From Eledone cirrhosa (taxonomy: Eukaryota): a DNA stretch of 64,000 nt. The translations under genes and the position numbers were made by a program. Positions 19,151 through 35,110 of this stretch are shown here, piece after piece (the stretch's first letter is position 1; each line of letters starts with the position of its first letter). The stretch lies in NCBI GenBank assembly GCA_964016885.1, contig OZ024743.1, positions 265,732,001 through 265,796,000 on the forward strand, in the 5' to 3' direction. The notes under the pieces were generated by a model. That model saw nothing but the letters and a program-made list of their open reading frames with translations. It was not told the DNA's origin and made no database searches.

Positions 19151-19350
19151 GTGATCAACAAAGTAAGGAGTAGATTTTAAAATATATAACTACTGTGATC
19201 GATCATATCCAAAAATCGTCCGCTGTCTAATGATTAAAATTAATAAACTAGTACATAAGATATCTATCTATATATCTACACATATATACATACATTCACA
19301 TGTTTACAAATGTATGTATACATGTGTGTATGACGAACACGCGCGCTCCC

Positions 19351-19392
<42 letters not shown>

Positions 19393-20115
19393 CATATGAA
19401 TAAATAGAATTTGAGAGTTGTTTCTTACAGAAGGCTAAGAAACTCAATGTAGTATAGTCAATTGTTTTAATATTTGTATAATATATAATCGTATATACAT
19501 ATATGATCAGTCATAAATACAGTGATAATGAAGTTGCATTTATAAGTGATTACTTCAAACATTTTATTCTGACTTTAAAATATTTCCATGTAGATTACAT
19601 TTACTAACCATCACCCCTGGCCAGTCGTATCAGCCTAATAAAAAAGTCATACAATGCTTAATAATGTTTTCTTATACATAGATCTAATAAATTTATACAA
19701 TTCTCACTGGATACCAAAGGTGAGAATTGCAGAGCAGATTTTCTCCTGCCTCCCAAAAGCTCAACGTTTAATATATTTATAACAGAGCTGTATTCTTCGA
19801 TATCTTATGTAACACTCCAGTGACGATAGCTATGCTAAATAGAAAATAGGTTTTAACGGTGAGATGTTGACTAGTTGGAGCTGTAAGAGAATTTCTTTTT
19901 CATCTAACTGTCATTTTATTTAATCGTTAAGTGAACTCGCATATATGCAAATTAACTTAAAGTAATGACCATTTCCTCGATCAGAGGTGACTGATATTAT
20001 ATAGAACCAAGAATAGTGCGTCGTTAATGTATACGATTGTAATGATAATCTGAAAATTTAGCCTCGCTGCGATATGTAAACATTTTATTTCAATGCCCGA
20101 TATATATGTATGTAC

Positions 20116-20230
<115 letters not shown>

Positions 20231-20304
20231 AACGAAACAAGGTTACGACCGTTGGGATGCCATCAGATGAGGATTGGGTTTTCCTTGTTTAATTGGCTGA
20301 TGAA

Positions 20305-21422
20305 CTTAGCTAGGATTAAACATAAGATAGAGAAAGCCACTTCTTGGTACGACAACCAGAGATAGCAGAGTGGGATATTCGTGGATGCTACCCCTGGATG
20401 GAAATTAGCCAACCGATGTAAATAGGCCCTAAGAAAGACCAATTTAAGGATTAAAGTGGTATAAAAGCCAGAAACTAGCATAAAATCCCTGATCAGCAAA
20501 ATATACCCCTTTAAGAAAACCCACTGTATAAATAAGAAATGTGTTATATGTAAAATGAACCCCCAGATAAGCTGTAAAACTAGAAATGTAGTCTATAGCA
20601 TAAGTTGTACAGAGTGTACATGCAGAAACATGACAACAACATACATAGGCGAGACAGCTCGAAGCATAGGAGAAAGAATAGACTAGCAATGGGGAGGGGG
20701 TGACTAAAAGGACCAAAACATTGTTCAGTACTATATGAACACGCCAGACAAAGTCATGACGGTAATATAGACAACATAGAAATTAAAATAATATCTAAGC
20801 ATATAAATAACTCAACAGGTAGGCAAATCAGAGAAGCAACTGAGTTAGAACTAAGAAGACCGAAGTTGAACAGAAAGACCGAATGGAATAATAACAACAA
20901 CCATACCCAAACAAATAATACTGACTTAAGGGAAATATGATTCAAAAAATAAATAAATAAATAAATACATATATACACAAGTGCAATAACAAAAGACACA
21001 TATAAACACACACTAGTGACAAAGATAGAATACAAAGACCAATACACTCAAACGCGAACACACACGCCAAACATTATACAGACACGCAAGTGCATGCGCA
21101 AAGACCGAGACGAAAATAAATAAATTAACTAATTGAAACAAAAATGGAGTAGACATTACAGTACAATACTATACAATAGGAGGAAACATAATAGTACCAT
21201 TATTGATGTTGTAGATGTGCGACGAAAGAACTTTAATAGACTATATATATACTTTTTTTATATCTGTATTTTTAACCGCTGGTCAATCAATGATAAACAT
21301 TGATTGCCAAATAAATGACCTATAGAGATATAAATGATACAGAATCGAAAACCAACCAAACAGTGAGTGTGTTATGTTATTTTTTTCTGGCAATACTATA
21401 ACAATATGACCCTCCCCAAGTA

Positions 21423-21426
<4 letters not shown>
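20305..21426 (+). mobile_element. 5'-truncated degenerate Naiad-like PLE (linker + GIY-YIG + pLTR)
   Basis: SWYDNQR..IFVDATPG..KVV..CINKKCVICK..NVVYSISC..TYIGETARSIGER..PKLNRKTEW; 3' end CCTCCCCAAGTATAAC abuts (TA)n; HHR relic at ~21199-21237. Confidence 0.85.
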
Positions 21427-21498
<72 letters not shown>

Positions 21499-22370
21499 TA
21501 ATTAGAAGGAAGTTGTATTTATTTTGTTGGAAGTCCGACAAACATAAATGTTTATAACTGATTTAGAGCACTCAACCAATACTGGAGAAAATATTCAATG
21601 ATATTAAATAAATGGAAACTATATTTATAAAACCATATTTATTTTATTATATATATATTTCAATGAAAACCAAGACAACATTGGTGCGCTTTCATTAGAT
21701 CAAATACAAAGTTTGTTTTATAAATAGAGACATACCCATGAAAATCGTACCTTATCGGTTGGAAATTCACTGGATACTGAATAATAGAAAGAAATATAAA
21801 GAAATAGAAAGAAATATAAAGAAAATATATAAAATTAGATAATGAGAATAGAAAATTATATAGTGAGAAAAGAATTTAAAAAAACAGTAGAGCCTAGAGA
21901 CAGCTGCTATAATTAGTAGGTGTTGCTTGTACGGCCAAAGCTATAGCAAAGGTTAATAAATTGAGAATGGAAAATACTGAATAAGAAATTGTAGAAGTGG
22001 GTAGTGAAAAGATATAATGCAAACTTTTCAGGGGTCTAACACAGCTGCTTTTCTCACGAATTTTATGTATTTTCTTTGTATTTCTTTCTATTATTTTTTA
22101 TTATCTCTTACTTTCATTTGACTTACCTATTCTATACTTCCCTCCTCCATTTTCTGCAGAAACATTTTTCAACTTTTCATACACTATCCTTAGAATCGGC
22201 TGTATAGATTTCACATTCAAAGCTTGAACTGCTCCACTCACTCCCTCATTGTTCTATAGGCAAGTTCAGCCACCCCTAACACCCACCAATTGCCATGACA
22301 GACTTATTTGTGTTTACAACAAATTTTGATCAATCCCCTTGACAACTACAATCTTCCCATATAAGGAAGT

Positions 22371-22466
22371 ACCCCTTGACAAGTTCGGCTATTTATTTAC
22401 CAGGCTAAAAATTCTAATTTAGTCCAGAAATAGCCGTCGAAACGGCTTCAGCTCTGCCGTCGGGGT
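22371..22466 (+). ncRNA. Full-length (decayed) type I hammerhead of the short fold-back family, at the 3' end of a (TA)n-bounded segment 21496-22479
   Basis: ACCCC-TTGACAA-GTTCGGCTATTT...AAATAGCCGTC-GAAA-CGGC-TTCAGCTCT-GCCG-TC-GGGGT; stems I, II and III pair; core has 2 substitutions. Confidence 0.7.
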
Positions 22467-22508
22467 CATACTTTTTCCTATATAAATATATATATATACA
22501 CACACACA

Positions 22509-22629
22509 GTACATGTTTATATGCATTTGAGGTTATTTATATGCCCCGTTAGTTAGGGGTTTACTAAAGAAAAGATCGATGAAAAAGTACCGTGCTAGAA
22601 TTTGTAAATACTGAGGTCGACAGGACTGA

Positions 22630-22724
<95 letters not shown>

Positions 22725-22847
22725 CTCAGTCAATTCGACCTCAGTATTTACAATTTTTAGCCCGGTATATTTTTATCGATCTTTTCTTTAGTGAACCCCT
22801 AACTGACGTGGCATATACATAGCCACAAATGCACATAAACACGTACT
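22509..22847. repeat. Diverged inverted duplication (~125-bp arms) centred on a (TA)n tract
   Basis: AGGGGTTTACTAAAGAAAAGATCGAT..TAAATACTGAGGTCGA versus TCGACCTCAGTATTTA..ATCGATCTTTTCTTTAGTGAACCCCT. Confidence 0.85.
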
Positions 22848-22990
22848 CAAAAAAGACCAGACACATTTACACGTACACATACACAGACCCACATAAACAC
22901 AGACATACACACATATATATAGATATATAGATATATGAGTGTGTATGGGTATATACATATAGATAGATATATGCGTGTGTATGTGTGTAA

Positions 22991-23039
<49 letters not shown>

Positions 23040-23908
23040 GTGTGTGTGTGTGTTTGAATACATGTGTGCACATGCTTGCATCCCATAAAATGCTTTACGG
23101 TATTCATACCGATTCCCTACATTTTCTTTCATATCCCGCCAATGCCAAACATTGCTTTTCATCCTGGCAATTCGATAGCCAGAGTACCACTCCTATGGAT
23201 CTATTGTTCTTTCCTTTTTCCATTCTCTCTCCTTCGCAAACTTTATATCTCTCTCATCTCTCACTCTCCAAGAACCACTATTGTTAAATATGTAGCAATA
23301 TTAATATTGGTATCACAGATCACATGTGCCCCACACCTAATGTCTTCATTTAGGTGCATAACCACTGATTTCTCTATCCATCTTCTCCCCTCATTCCCTA
23401 TATATATATAATGTCAGTCGTTTGAGAATAATATGTATTTATGAAATATATATGGAGAAACCACTTAGGTATATATGTGTGTCTGTATGTGTCTGTATGT
23501 GACTGTATATGTCTGAGTGTGTGTATGTGTGTGTTTTATCCTTAGATATTATATAAATTAATATTATTGTGAAAAATGTGTGCATAATTTTAAACATAAA
23601 TTTATGAAATAAAACAATCTTTGCAATGTGAACATTTTCTCCATTGTATGAAACGAATACTGCGAAATTTTTGGACAATTATTTTGTTATTCTGTTTTTG
23701 TTAGTTTTGTAGTTGATGTGGTTGCTGTTGTTGTTGTTAGCCGTTGATGATGACAATGTTGTTTCTGTTGTCATTGTTTCGTTTGCCTTGTTTTGTTTTG
23801 TTCTTTCTTACTGACTACTTTTACTTTCAGAAGCAAATTATAAAAGCGCCTCTGTATATAGACTTTGGTTATAAAACTCATTAGCAATGGAAAATATTTT
23901 TGATTTAT

Positions 23909-23999
<91 letters not shown>

Positions 24000-24086
24000 A
24001 AGAGAGAAAGAGAGGGGGAGAGGAGAGAAAGAGGGAGTCAGAGAGAGAGAGGGTGTGCGAGAGATAGATAGATAGATAGATAGATG

Positions 24087-24142
<56 letters not shown>

Positions 24143-26799
24143 ATATTAAAATGAATCATTTTCTAAGTAAAGAAATATAAAATAAACTCTGTAGGTGGTT
24201 TCAATTCGGTGTGAGGTCAGTAAATAATAACAAACACATAATATCATTTTGTGACGCCATAAAAAGATAAATAAAAGGTAATAAAAGGTTTCAAAGAGAG
24301 TTTTGTTTACTCTATACTATATTTTAATTTGTTAACTATTCCGTTTACTTTTTTTTATTTCTATCGTATTTTAAATTCATTTCCTGCTAAATAATATAGA
24401 GACAGAAATGTATTTTTGTATTGTTTGTTTTAGAATCGTCGTCAACGTTATGGTCTCTATCGTTATTATTACTGTTTAGCCCTTTGTCAAATCCCGATAA
24501 TGAAGCCCTGCGAAGAAAGGCATTCTAGCTTTGTTCATAGTTCATTTGTAATCATATATGTAAAATAAAATCAGTTATGAACGTACCATAAAGCGAGCCT
24601 CAGTCGCCCAACCAGCAAGAAATATGAAATATTGTAATCTACTTCAAATCCTCTAACTGCCAACTTGATATGAAAACAGAAGGCACTTTAACAGAGAAAT
24701 CCTTCATATCTCATACATGGAAGTTTGCTGAGATCATTATGCCTAATCATTATGCTAGGATGCCTTTCATAATAAATCAGTTTCTGTACGATATGTCAGA
24801 TATATGGGCTGAACCAAATTTGCACATACTTACGACATATATATTTGGTATAACTTTACTGTTGCATTTACATATTCTGTCTAGTTAATTATGATCCCAT
24901 AAGTACAAAACATTAGAAACAAGGAAGTTGTTGAATACATATGCTAATTGCACATTGGTTTTCAGAAAGTATATACGTATGTATCTATATCTCTAGATGC
25001 GACTTAGGTGCAACGAAATGATATGCGGCGTTTCTGGGCATTTTAAATATGGCGGAGTTAGGAATGAACACAGCCAATTGTTCCAGCACTGGACTGGTAC
25101 TATTTGTATCGACCTCGAAAGGATAACACGTAAAGTTGACCTCAGCAGTATTTGAAATAAAGTGCAGATAGCCGGGACAAAATTTCCACTGCTTTAACGA
25201 TTCTGTTACTTGACCATCTAGGTTTCAGAATAGTTTGAATTGAATTCGTGTTTGAACATTGTTTTGTTGTTGCATTCGGTCAACAGGGACGATATAAATA
25301 ATGTTGAATGCGTCCATGGCTAGAGGAGTGTAAGGTGAAAGAAACCGGATGCCTGATCTGAGTGGCTAAGACCAATTAAACCTTCAGAAAGTTAGATGAC
25401 GGCGAGGTGGTCTTTTTATAACGCGTGACAAATTAAGACTACCAACCTAGTACTCGGATAAAATAAATAGTCGTGACAAATACCATTAGGTATCCTATCC
25501 GTTGTTCTAATGGTTTCGTCAGAGTAACACCCAAATTTGGTATATAATTTATTGACCTGTGAATGAGGAAGATTGAATTTGAAGTGCCTTAATAAATACA
25601 ACACTAAATATTTTGTCCGACACCCTAGCGCTTCTGCTGGTTTAAGTCTTGTGTTCAGTTATCGTTCCTGTAAGTGGTTACAGGAACGATAACTGACCAC
25701 AAGACTTGGCTGGTTGTGAACCTTGGAAGCATTGCTCCAATAAAGGAAAATAAAAACCCTATCTTCTCACCAGCCTGCATTTTTTTATTTACGTTTGTTT
25801 CATTTATTTTTGTTGTGGCTACTAATTACCCTAGTTGGGTTTTGAAATCAATATTTTCTATTTATCTTATTAATCTCTTTGTTGTAGTAATAAGCGATTA
25901 GATTTATCCACACAATCAAACATAATGCGTTTAAAAAAAGATTTATTCAACCATACAAGTATTTATTTGTTGATCTTGGGTTGCTGACAATAGTTCGGGA
26001 GTAATTGCTGTTGTTTATTTTTGTTTGTGTTGCTGCACTAGTTGTTACTGTTGCTCGTTTTGTGTATTTTTGTTGTTGTTGTTGCTGTTTGATTGTGTAA
26101 TTATTTCTTGGGTTCTTTGTTTACATAAAATTGAAAATCGAAATTTAATCGGTCTTTTGATAAAGATGTTTTCTAACTAATATTTTCTCATTCACACCAG
26201 GAAAATACAGAAAAAAAACAAGAACATAAATTATATTATTATTATTATTAACAATCTGTATTTTCCAATAGGGTAGAGGATGAGGACATTACAAGGGAAA
26301 ATTTAAATGAAGATAGTGGTAGTGGTGGTGGTAGTGTGATGGGTTATACAATCGATACATGGTAAAAATTAGTAGAGAAAGGAAATGAAGGGAAACGCTA
26401 CAATTCTGAAGGGGAACCCTAAATATTCATGATTGGCATTACTGCGAAACACAAGTATCCCCTCTTAGTAATAATATAATAATGAAATATTGCAAAGAAG
26501 TAACTATAGAGTGTTGAATCACTACGTGTGTTTGTCGTCCCCTGAAGAAAAATGAAAGTCAAATTAAAACTTCAGCGCAATTTGAACACCGAAACTTATG
26601 AGAATGAAAGTGTATGCTGTTATAATAGCATTGCAGGCTGTTCTTTAAACAAAATTCAAAAGTAACAATGATTTCGTGTATTGAAAAACTATATCACAAA
26701 ATGTTATTGTTGTTACTATTGTTGTTGTTTAGCTCCAGATCATTGGTGATCAAACATAATCAATAACGTTCTAGATATGAGTCTAAGTGTAAAGTCTGT

Positions 26800-27077
26800 C
26801 TTAAGCCAGAAGGTTCGTTAGGCCGGTGCTTATCTCGGTTTCATGGCGTGAAGCGACTGAGAGTACAAGACTCAACCCTGGATAGGACGCTAGTCCATCG
26901 CAGGATTAAACCCTCCCTCCAGCTATTGCTGGTGCCCATTTTCAGCTGAGTATACTGGAGCAACGTGAAAAGAAGTGTTTTGCTCAAGAACACAACACGC
27001 AACCCATCCGAGGTATCGAACCCACGACATTATGATCGTAAGTCCCAAACCTTTCCCACTGGGCCATGCGCTTCCAG
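26800..27077 (-). mobile_element. tRNA-derived SINE with a conserved central domain
   Basis: reverse complement has A box TGGCCCAGTGG and B box GGTTCGATACC, then GTGTTCTTGAGCAAAACACTT and CCTGCGATGGACTAGCGTCC; related fragment at ~50430-50555. Confidence 0.75.
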
Positions 27078-27519
27078 ATATGACCATCACGTTATCCATT
27101 TTCCGGATACACTTTTTCATGATTTAGTGAGAAAAGAAAAAGCAGCTGATATAAGCGTTTGCAGTTTCTTTCAGAAAAGTGGAAGAGAGAAGCAGTCCAC
27201 GATTTCTCTATACTTCATGTCATTTACGTCGAGATTTTCCTGGATTAATCAGATAAATGCGATCAATTTTTTTATGTCTGGTAATAAATGCATCTATATA
27301 ATCTTTATAAATATGTCGGGAGCTATTTGAGGGAGGTTTTGTTATTCTCTTTTGTAGGTCAATTGATCACTGAAAATTCATCTGAATGTTTACAACAGCA
27401 TAAACACCGTAACAAAAAGCACTTTAGTACCTAGATTATGCTCCCTTTTGTAATAGGAGATTTATGTGGTATTTGTGTAGAATGGTGTAGAAACTAAACT
27501 ATATCCCAATATCTGAACA

Positions 27520-28434
27520 TCTACATATATAAAACTGAGGTTGTCTGTCTGTCTACTAAAACGATCGGCACACATCTCCTCCTAAACCGTACGTTCAAAT
27601 ATCAGTGAAATTGCTACCTTATAGATGAAGGTCCGGCGGAGACATCGGTCAAAAAAATGTTTAAATCGACCCACGCCAATTGCAAAATCGAATTTGTAAT
27701 GTATTGATTTTTTCAGTTCAAATGTATAAATAGAGATGAGAGATGAGTTATTTCCCTTTTATGGCGTCATTATGTCTATCTATTTACGTTACGAATAAAC
27801 GACGCGTGCAAAAGTACAAAAATACCCGGACAGCTTTCGGGCCAGCAAAATATTAACCTGCAAAATTCATGTGTTTGAAATTTCAACATTAAGCTTCCAT
27901 TTTACTGCATTTCCATTAACAAGTCTTTTAAAACAATATTTTTACTTGAAAAAAGCATTTTGAATACACCGTAAAACAAGCAAATATTTTGTAAAAAAAG
28001 CATTGATCTCGAATAAAGCCTTATGAGATTTTCATTTCGAAGCAATGATTTTAAACAACAGACAGATAATGCATTTTTTTTTTTTGGCTTTTCATGTCCA
28101 TCCAATTTCTTTGTTTAAAAATAACTGATAGTTTGGTTACGCTGCGGTTTTTCTCTGAGACAAGTGTTGCAGTGTTTATATTTTCGAATTTTGTTAATAG
28201 ATTACCAGTGCAGTTCTTATCCCCAGCATCCTCTTTTGTTTGAACAATCGGGTCATGGTTATGTCTTTTTTAACTTCAGAAGGCATACTGTTGGTTGAGG
28301 GAATATTAATCAAAAGTTCCACATGAACGTCTACACTGTAGACTCTACAGGTTTTAATCCAAGAAAGGAACTTAACATTGTAACTTTAACACAGCTACTG
28401 AACAGTCCCGAGCAACGCCGGGGTTTACTGCTAG
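27520..28434 (+). mobile_element. Non-autonomous Helitron
   Basis: 5' A|TCTACATATATAAAA..GTCTGTCTGTCT; 3' GC-rich hairpin CCCGAGCAACGCCGGG followed by CTAG|T. Confidence 0.8.
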
Positions 28435-28616
28435 TAACATCTATTATTGGACACAAAAGACTTAATGAAATATAAGTTGACACAAAATTCAAATTGCAAT
28501 TCTTCACCTCACTCTCTATCTCTCTCTATATATATATATACAAACCTCTCTATATGTATGCGAACTCACAGAAACACAGACACACAAACATACACACACA
28601 CACACACACACACCCA

Positions 28617-28659
<43 letters not shown>

Positions 28660-28693
28660 GTATGTATGGGTTACCTTGAATAGTTGCTGAGGG

Positions 28694-29756
<1,063 letters not shown>

Positions 29757-32314
29757 CACTAAACATATATCCAAGGAAACCCATGTATAGTGACATATGA
29801 TCAATGATGTTCCAGATATGACCATCATATTTTATTTATATGTTTTAATTGCCCCTCATCCTGTCGAGGAACTGTTTCGCCACGCTGATGCTTTTATATA
29901 CTTTTTGCAGTTCCCCTTGCTATAGCCAAGCATCTCTCATTATGTAACCGATGGGCTACTGAGGATATATGCAGCGAACATTTTATAAAACGAGTTGGCA
30001 ACATCCCATGTCCCCCGTCAAATGAGTTAGTCCCGTTACCCCATATCCAATCTCACTGTCGTTACCGGCATTTATTCCATCGGTAATATAAGGTCATCTC
30101 ATCATCAACATGCTTATACACATGCCAACGCACCATATCTATTATATTATTCCTTCATGTGGATAGTATGTGAATTTCAGTGAATTTTGTTTCTTATTTC
30201 TAACATCGTATAAAGCCTTGTTATGGCGCCTTCGCTTTGCCTTTGAGCAAACATCTGTTCACCATTATTGGTATTAATTATGCTATTAAAATACTTACCA
30301 CAGAGATTCCATCAGTGAATGCAGAAATGTAATATTTTTTACTGTATTTGTTTCCTCGCAACTCTTGAAATAGCATTCTTATGACATTGCAGTGTCCCAG
30401 GGCTTCTATTCTACTTTAAGTTTTTTCTTTGGTTGGGAGTTTAAACATTTTATTATTTTGTTTCTTGCTTTTTGCCCGCCCGAGTGTTACGCACTTACCT
30501 CCTCAATAATATACATTCACTAATGACTGTAAACTTTTAAGTGTCTTTCTTTTTTTTACATAACTAGAACTTGCAAAAATATACGGGAAAAACTTCCCAA
30601 TTACACGCAGCCACGCTGATGTCTGTGTACACGCGCGTACACACACACACACGCACGCTCACAGACATACTCACATATATATATTTATATGTATATAATT
30701 ATATGTATATGGCGTCTCTTATATTCTCATGTGTATAAAATGTATATACACACTTGACTACAAAATCATACATATGTCATTATATCATAATATATACATA
30801 TTACTCACATTGGTAAATGTATATGAGAGTGTGCGCGTACAGTTCGTATAACGCGTTGTCATTAATGCAGGATGTATTTATAATTTCATTTAAACAAAGA
30901 TAATATTTTTTATTCCTCTGAGATAATGCAATATATTCTTAGGAAATGATAATACAAAGAAAAACAAAACAACCTGAGAAGTATTTAGCATAATTACTGA
31001 CATATGTTGCACATATAGATGACTGACTCTGATACAATTTGAGGAGTGACGTCGGATAATGTTTGCTGCAGAGCATATGAATACATACGTACATATGAAT
31101 ACATACATACAGAAAAATAGACACGCTCACACGCACATGTACACATACACACATGCACTCATGCACATATAGGCAGCTGCTCCCCCCCCCCCCCCCCCGC
31201 ACGCACACGCACTCACACTCACACATATAAGTATATATATATATATATATATATATACAGAGAGCGCGAGAGAGAGAGAGAGAGATACTCGTCGAAAATA
31301 ATGGAGTTTATAGAAAAAATATTCAAAAATGAATAATTCTTTGATAACAAAATTATATATAAAGATACTTCAATCTTCAATTTTCCTTGGCCTTCTGCCT
31401 TGTTTCTCTTCGAAAACCACCATATTTCATTATTTCATTCATTTATAGTAAATAAGACATAGAGGGTGAAATATCATTTATAAGTCTGCGGACTGTGTGA
31501 CGAAAGAACATTTTCAATTTAATAAACATTTACTTGCTAGCCCAACCGATGAATGTATTAGCTACCTGGTCAATAACAAATACACAAGTTACATTTAAAT
31601 TTAATTTATGCAATGGATTTAATTTGCTCAAAATTCACGATTAATTCCGTCGCTATACCGGGTCTATTGTTGTTTTATTTTGATAAATGAAACCTAACCT
31701 ATCCCAGCTGACGAAAAATGAATATCAGCATTGTTAATAATCGAGTTCAAGACTCTTACGCTGTTTGTGCCTCTTCCTGCGGCCTGGTCAAAATGAACCC
31801 ACGAATTAGAAAATCTCAAATTAGTGACTTCAAATATAATTATATCTGAAAGGAAGAGCGAGTAAACAATAATGTCATGTATATTTTAAAGAAAATAAAT
31901 ATTTTAAATAGAACTTTTCCGGTCAGATGTTCATGGTTATAACGCTTAGAGCAGTACAATAAAATGGCATGATGTAATCAGATGATGGAGATGATGAAGC
32001 CTTAAAAGATAATAATTACTTATATATTCGAGGTCAGATGAATATATTTATTAAAGTAATGTAAGGAAAGTCGACGGAAGGAGATAAATATGTCAAAAAT
32101 GCTGTCACCAGAACTTTCATTTTGAATTATGTTATTATAGATGTTGGCGATGTTATTGTTGTTCATATTGCAGAGGCGGTCGATATTGTTGTTATTGTTG
32201 TTGATACTGTTATTGTTTTGAATATTGTTTATGAATATTGTTGATGATGTTATAATCATTGAACTTATTGATTTTATGTTTAATGTTGTTATTGCTATTA
32301 TTTTTATTATTGCC

Positions 32315-32935
32315 CTTTACGTTCTGAGTTCAAATCCCACCGATGTTAGCTTTCCCTGTTATCCTTACGCAGTCAATAAAATAAAATACCAGTAACGCAT
32401 CGGGGTTGATTTAATCGACCCCCCACCCTTAAAATTGTTGGCAGTGTGCCTAAATCACAAATCATTATTGTTATTATTAAGGCCCTATAGGGCGGTGGAT
32501 TGGCAGTATCGGTAGAGGGTCGGACGCTATGTTTACAGCAAAGAGTTACGGCCCTTTATGATCTGAGTTCAAAGCACGCCGAGGTTAACTTTGCCTTTCA
32601 TCCTTACAGGGTCGATAAAATAAGTACCAATAATACACTGGGATAATTGCTGGCCTTGTGCCAAAAGTAGAAACAATTATTATTAAAGCCCTATACTGAG
32701 TTCAAATTCCGTCGATGTTAGCTTTGTCTTTCATAACGAGGTCGACAAATTAAAGTACATGTAATTCACTGGGGTCGATTTAATCGACTTTCCCCCACTC
32801 TCCAAAGTGTTGCTCTTGTGCCTATAGTAGAAATCATTTTGCCTTTCATCCTTACGGGGTCGTTAAAATAAAGTACCAGTAATGTACTGAGTAATTTGCT
32901 GGCCTTGTTCCAAAAAGTAGAAACAATTATTATTG
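32315..32935 (+). mobile_element. Cluster of ~4 full and partial copies of a tRNA-derived SINE with an (ATT)n tail
   Basis: GGCGGTGGATTGGCAGTATCGGTAG (A box), GAGTTCAAA (B box), TTTGCCTTTCATCC..GGTCGATAAAATAAGTACCA..GCTGGCCTTGTGCCAAAAGTAGAAACAATTATT. Confidence 0.85.
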
Positions 32936-33572
32936 CGTGTTGGTATTGTTGTCGATGTACGCTTATCGTTGGTATATTTGGTTATGTTGATGCCTATATT
33001 GTAAAAGTCGGGCATAATTTTCATTGACTGGTGTTGGTGTTGTTGTCAATGTTTGATATTTCTCTAATCGTTATTGTTCCGGCCGTTGTTGTAATTACGA
33101 ATGTTGTAATTGCTGTTTGTTATTGTGATAGTTTTATTGTATACGATACGAAATAGACGAAAATCATCGGTTCTTTCCGGTTCCAATTCTAAGAGAAACG
33201 TTAATCCAGTTTTCTGTTGGTAATCACGCGAAAGATATTCCATAACTTTTCATTCTTCCCTATTCTATTTTAATTTACGTTCGTTAGATTGGCGGTTTAC
33301 GTTAATGATTTTTTGTAATCGAGTATTATTAATAATTTGTTTTACATTATATATATTTATCACAATCATATAATTAAGTTTCCGTGTTGTAAATAGGAAT
33401 GTAATGTACGACTGTTGGTGCTTCCTTCCTTAGAGATCAACTATTTATTTTCCTTTATAATTGTTTAATTTCGATTGAATCAATCGGCGTTAAATATCAT
33501 TTATGAAACATGATGTGTTAAAGATGTTCATGTTATAGTTGTTGTCGTTGTTCTTGCTGCTGGTGATGATGA

Positions 33573-33603
<31 letters not shown>

Positions 33604-33680
33604 CTTCTTCTTCTTCTTCTTCTTCTTCTTCTTCTTCTTCTTCTTCTTCTTCTTCTTCTTCTTCTTCTTCTTCTTCTTCT
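33573..33680. repeat. (GTT)n-(CTT)n trinucleotide microsatellite
   Basis: direct reading. Confidence 0.95.
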
Positions 33681-34850
33681 TTTCGTCCTCCTCCCCCAAC
33701 TACCAGCTAGCTACATTTTAACAATTTCCTGCGAATATAAAATTTATAAGTAGGAGAATTAATAATTTATCATCGAAAATCGAGCTTTACTATGGATCAG
33801 CCCCTTATCGAGGCAGTACATAATTTGTCTTTAGTGACAACTTATTTTATGTAGAGAAAACCGCACCTAAATCACCTGCGAGGTATATTTAGAAGCAGAA
33901 CGTATCTGGCTTAAATTAAACATATCTACAGATATTGGCAGTCACTTCATATTTCTTGTAAGGCACAATTTTCGACTTCAGATAGATATTACATACTATT
34001 AAACGCCGCAATAATTTAAATGAGACCTATTCCTTCCGAGATAATATAGCTTTCACATGCACATGACATAACCAAAGACAAACGTGGAAATAGCCAATTT
34101 GTGTCGGTCTAAATTATGTTGTATTTTAGGCGGAGGAAATTCTGTTTTACCAATTATATTGAGCGTTTGGCACAATGAATTGCAAGTGATTTCAGTGGAG
34201 AGTATATTCAGCATCACTTTTCAATTGTATTTAATTTGGTTGTTGTTGCTTCTGGTGCTAACGAAGGATTTGAGCGTTCGTTTGTAACTGGTCCTATGCG
34301 TTGGGAGAATGTATGCGCATGCACGGGGTTGCTATAGTAATCATTTTGCCTCGTGCTTTTCTGACCTATTATTTATTTCTAACTTTAATCAGCTCCTTAA
34401 TTCTTACATTTCCCTACTTAAATCATCCTCCTTAATTCTTAAATTTCCTATACTCCTTTCACTCGCTTCTATGCTTATCTCACTGTTTTGGTGGCGGCAT
34501 CTGTCAGGAGGTTTCTTGACGCAAGAGGCTTACATTGTTGCGTGTTCATTGATCCATATCTGTAATCACCTTATAGTACTTCAGCTGTATGAAAGTTGTA
34601 TTTTTTGCACCTGATCTTATACACAACATATGCTCTCATGCACATATCTGCATTGTTGACGGGAGAATTAGGAAGTGTGCATATATAACTCAATGTGGGT
34701 TGGTATATGTGGAGCAGTCTCCTCAAAGTGGCTGTAGAATGCGTCGATTAAGAGTCGGGATCCGATAACATGATCAAACCCGAACTGATCGATATGGAAA
34801 CAACTTGAAATATGTAATAAAGTTTACAAAAAATTGCAATACTTATTGTC

Positions 34851-34900
<50 letters not shown>

Positions 34901-34902
34901 TA

Positions 34903-35070
34903 TAGGAATGAGTAGGACCCCGACGGCTGAGCTCAAGCCGTTTCGACGGCTAATTCTGGACTAAATTAGCCGTCGGGGTCCTACTCGTTCCTATTACCCA
35001 CTTTACTACCCTAATTATTGAGTACTTTGGTGCGTTATGTTCCACCTGGTTCCTTACCACATTTCCTTCG

Positions 35071-35072
<2 letters not shown>
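34903..35072. mobile_element. Fold-back copy of the HHR-bearing short element family in (TA)n
   Basis: TAGGAATGAGTAGGACCCCGACGGC..TTCTGGACTAAATT|AGCCGTCGGGGTCC..CCTTCGTT. Confidence 0.82.

Positions 35073-35110
<38 letters not shown>

Noticed and set aside
32489-32580. tRNA gene
   Set aside because: A/B boxes belong to a SINE head; no cloverleaf and it continues into the SINE body
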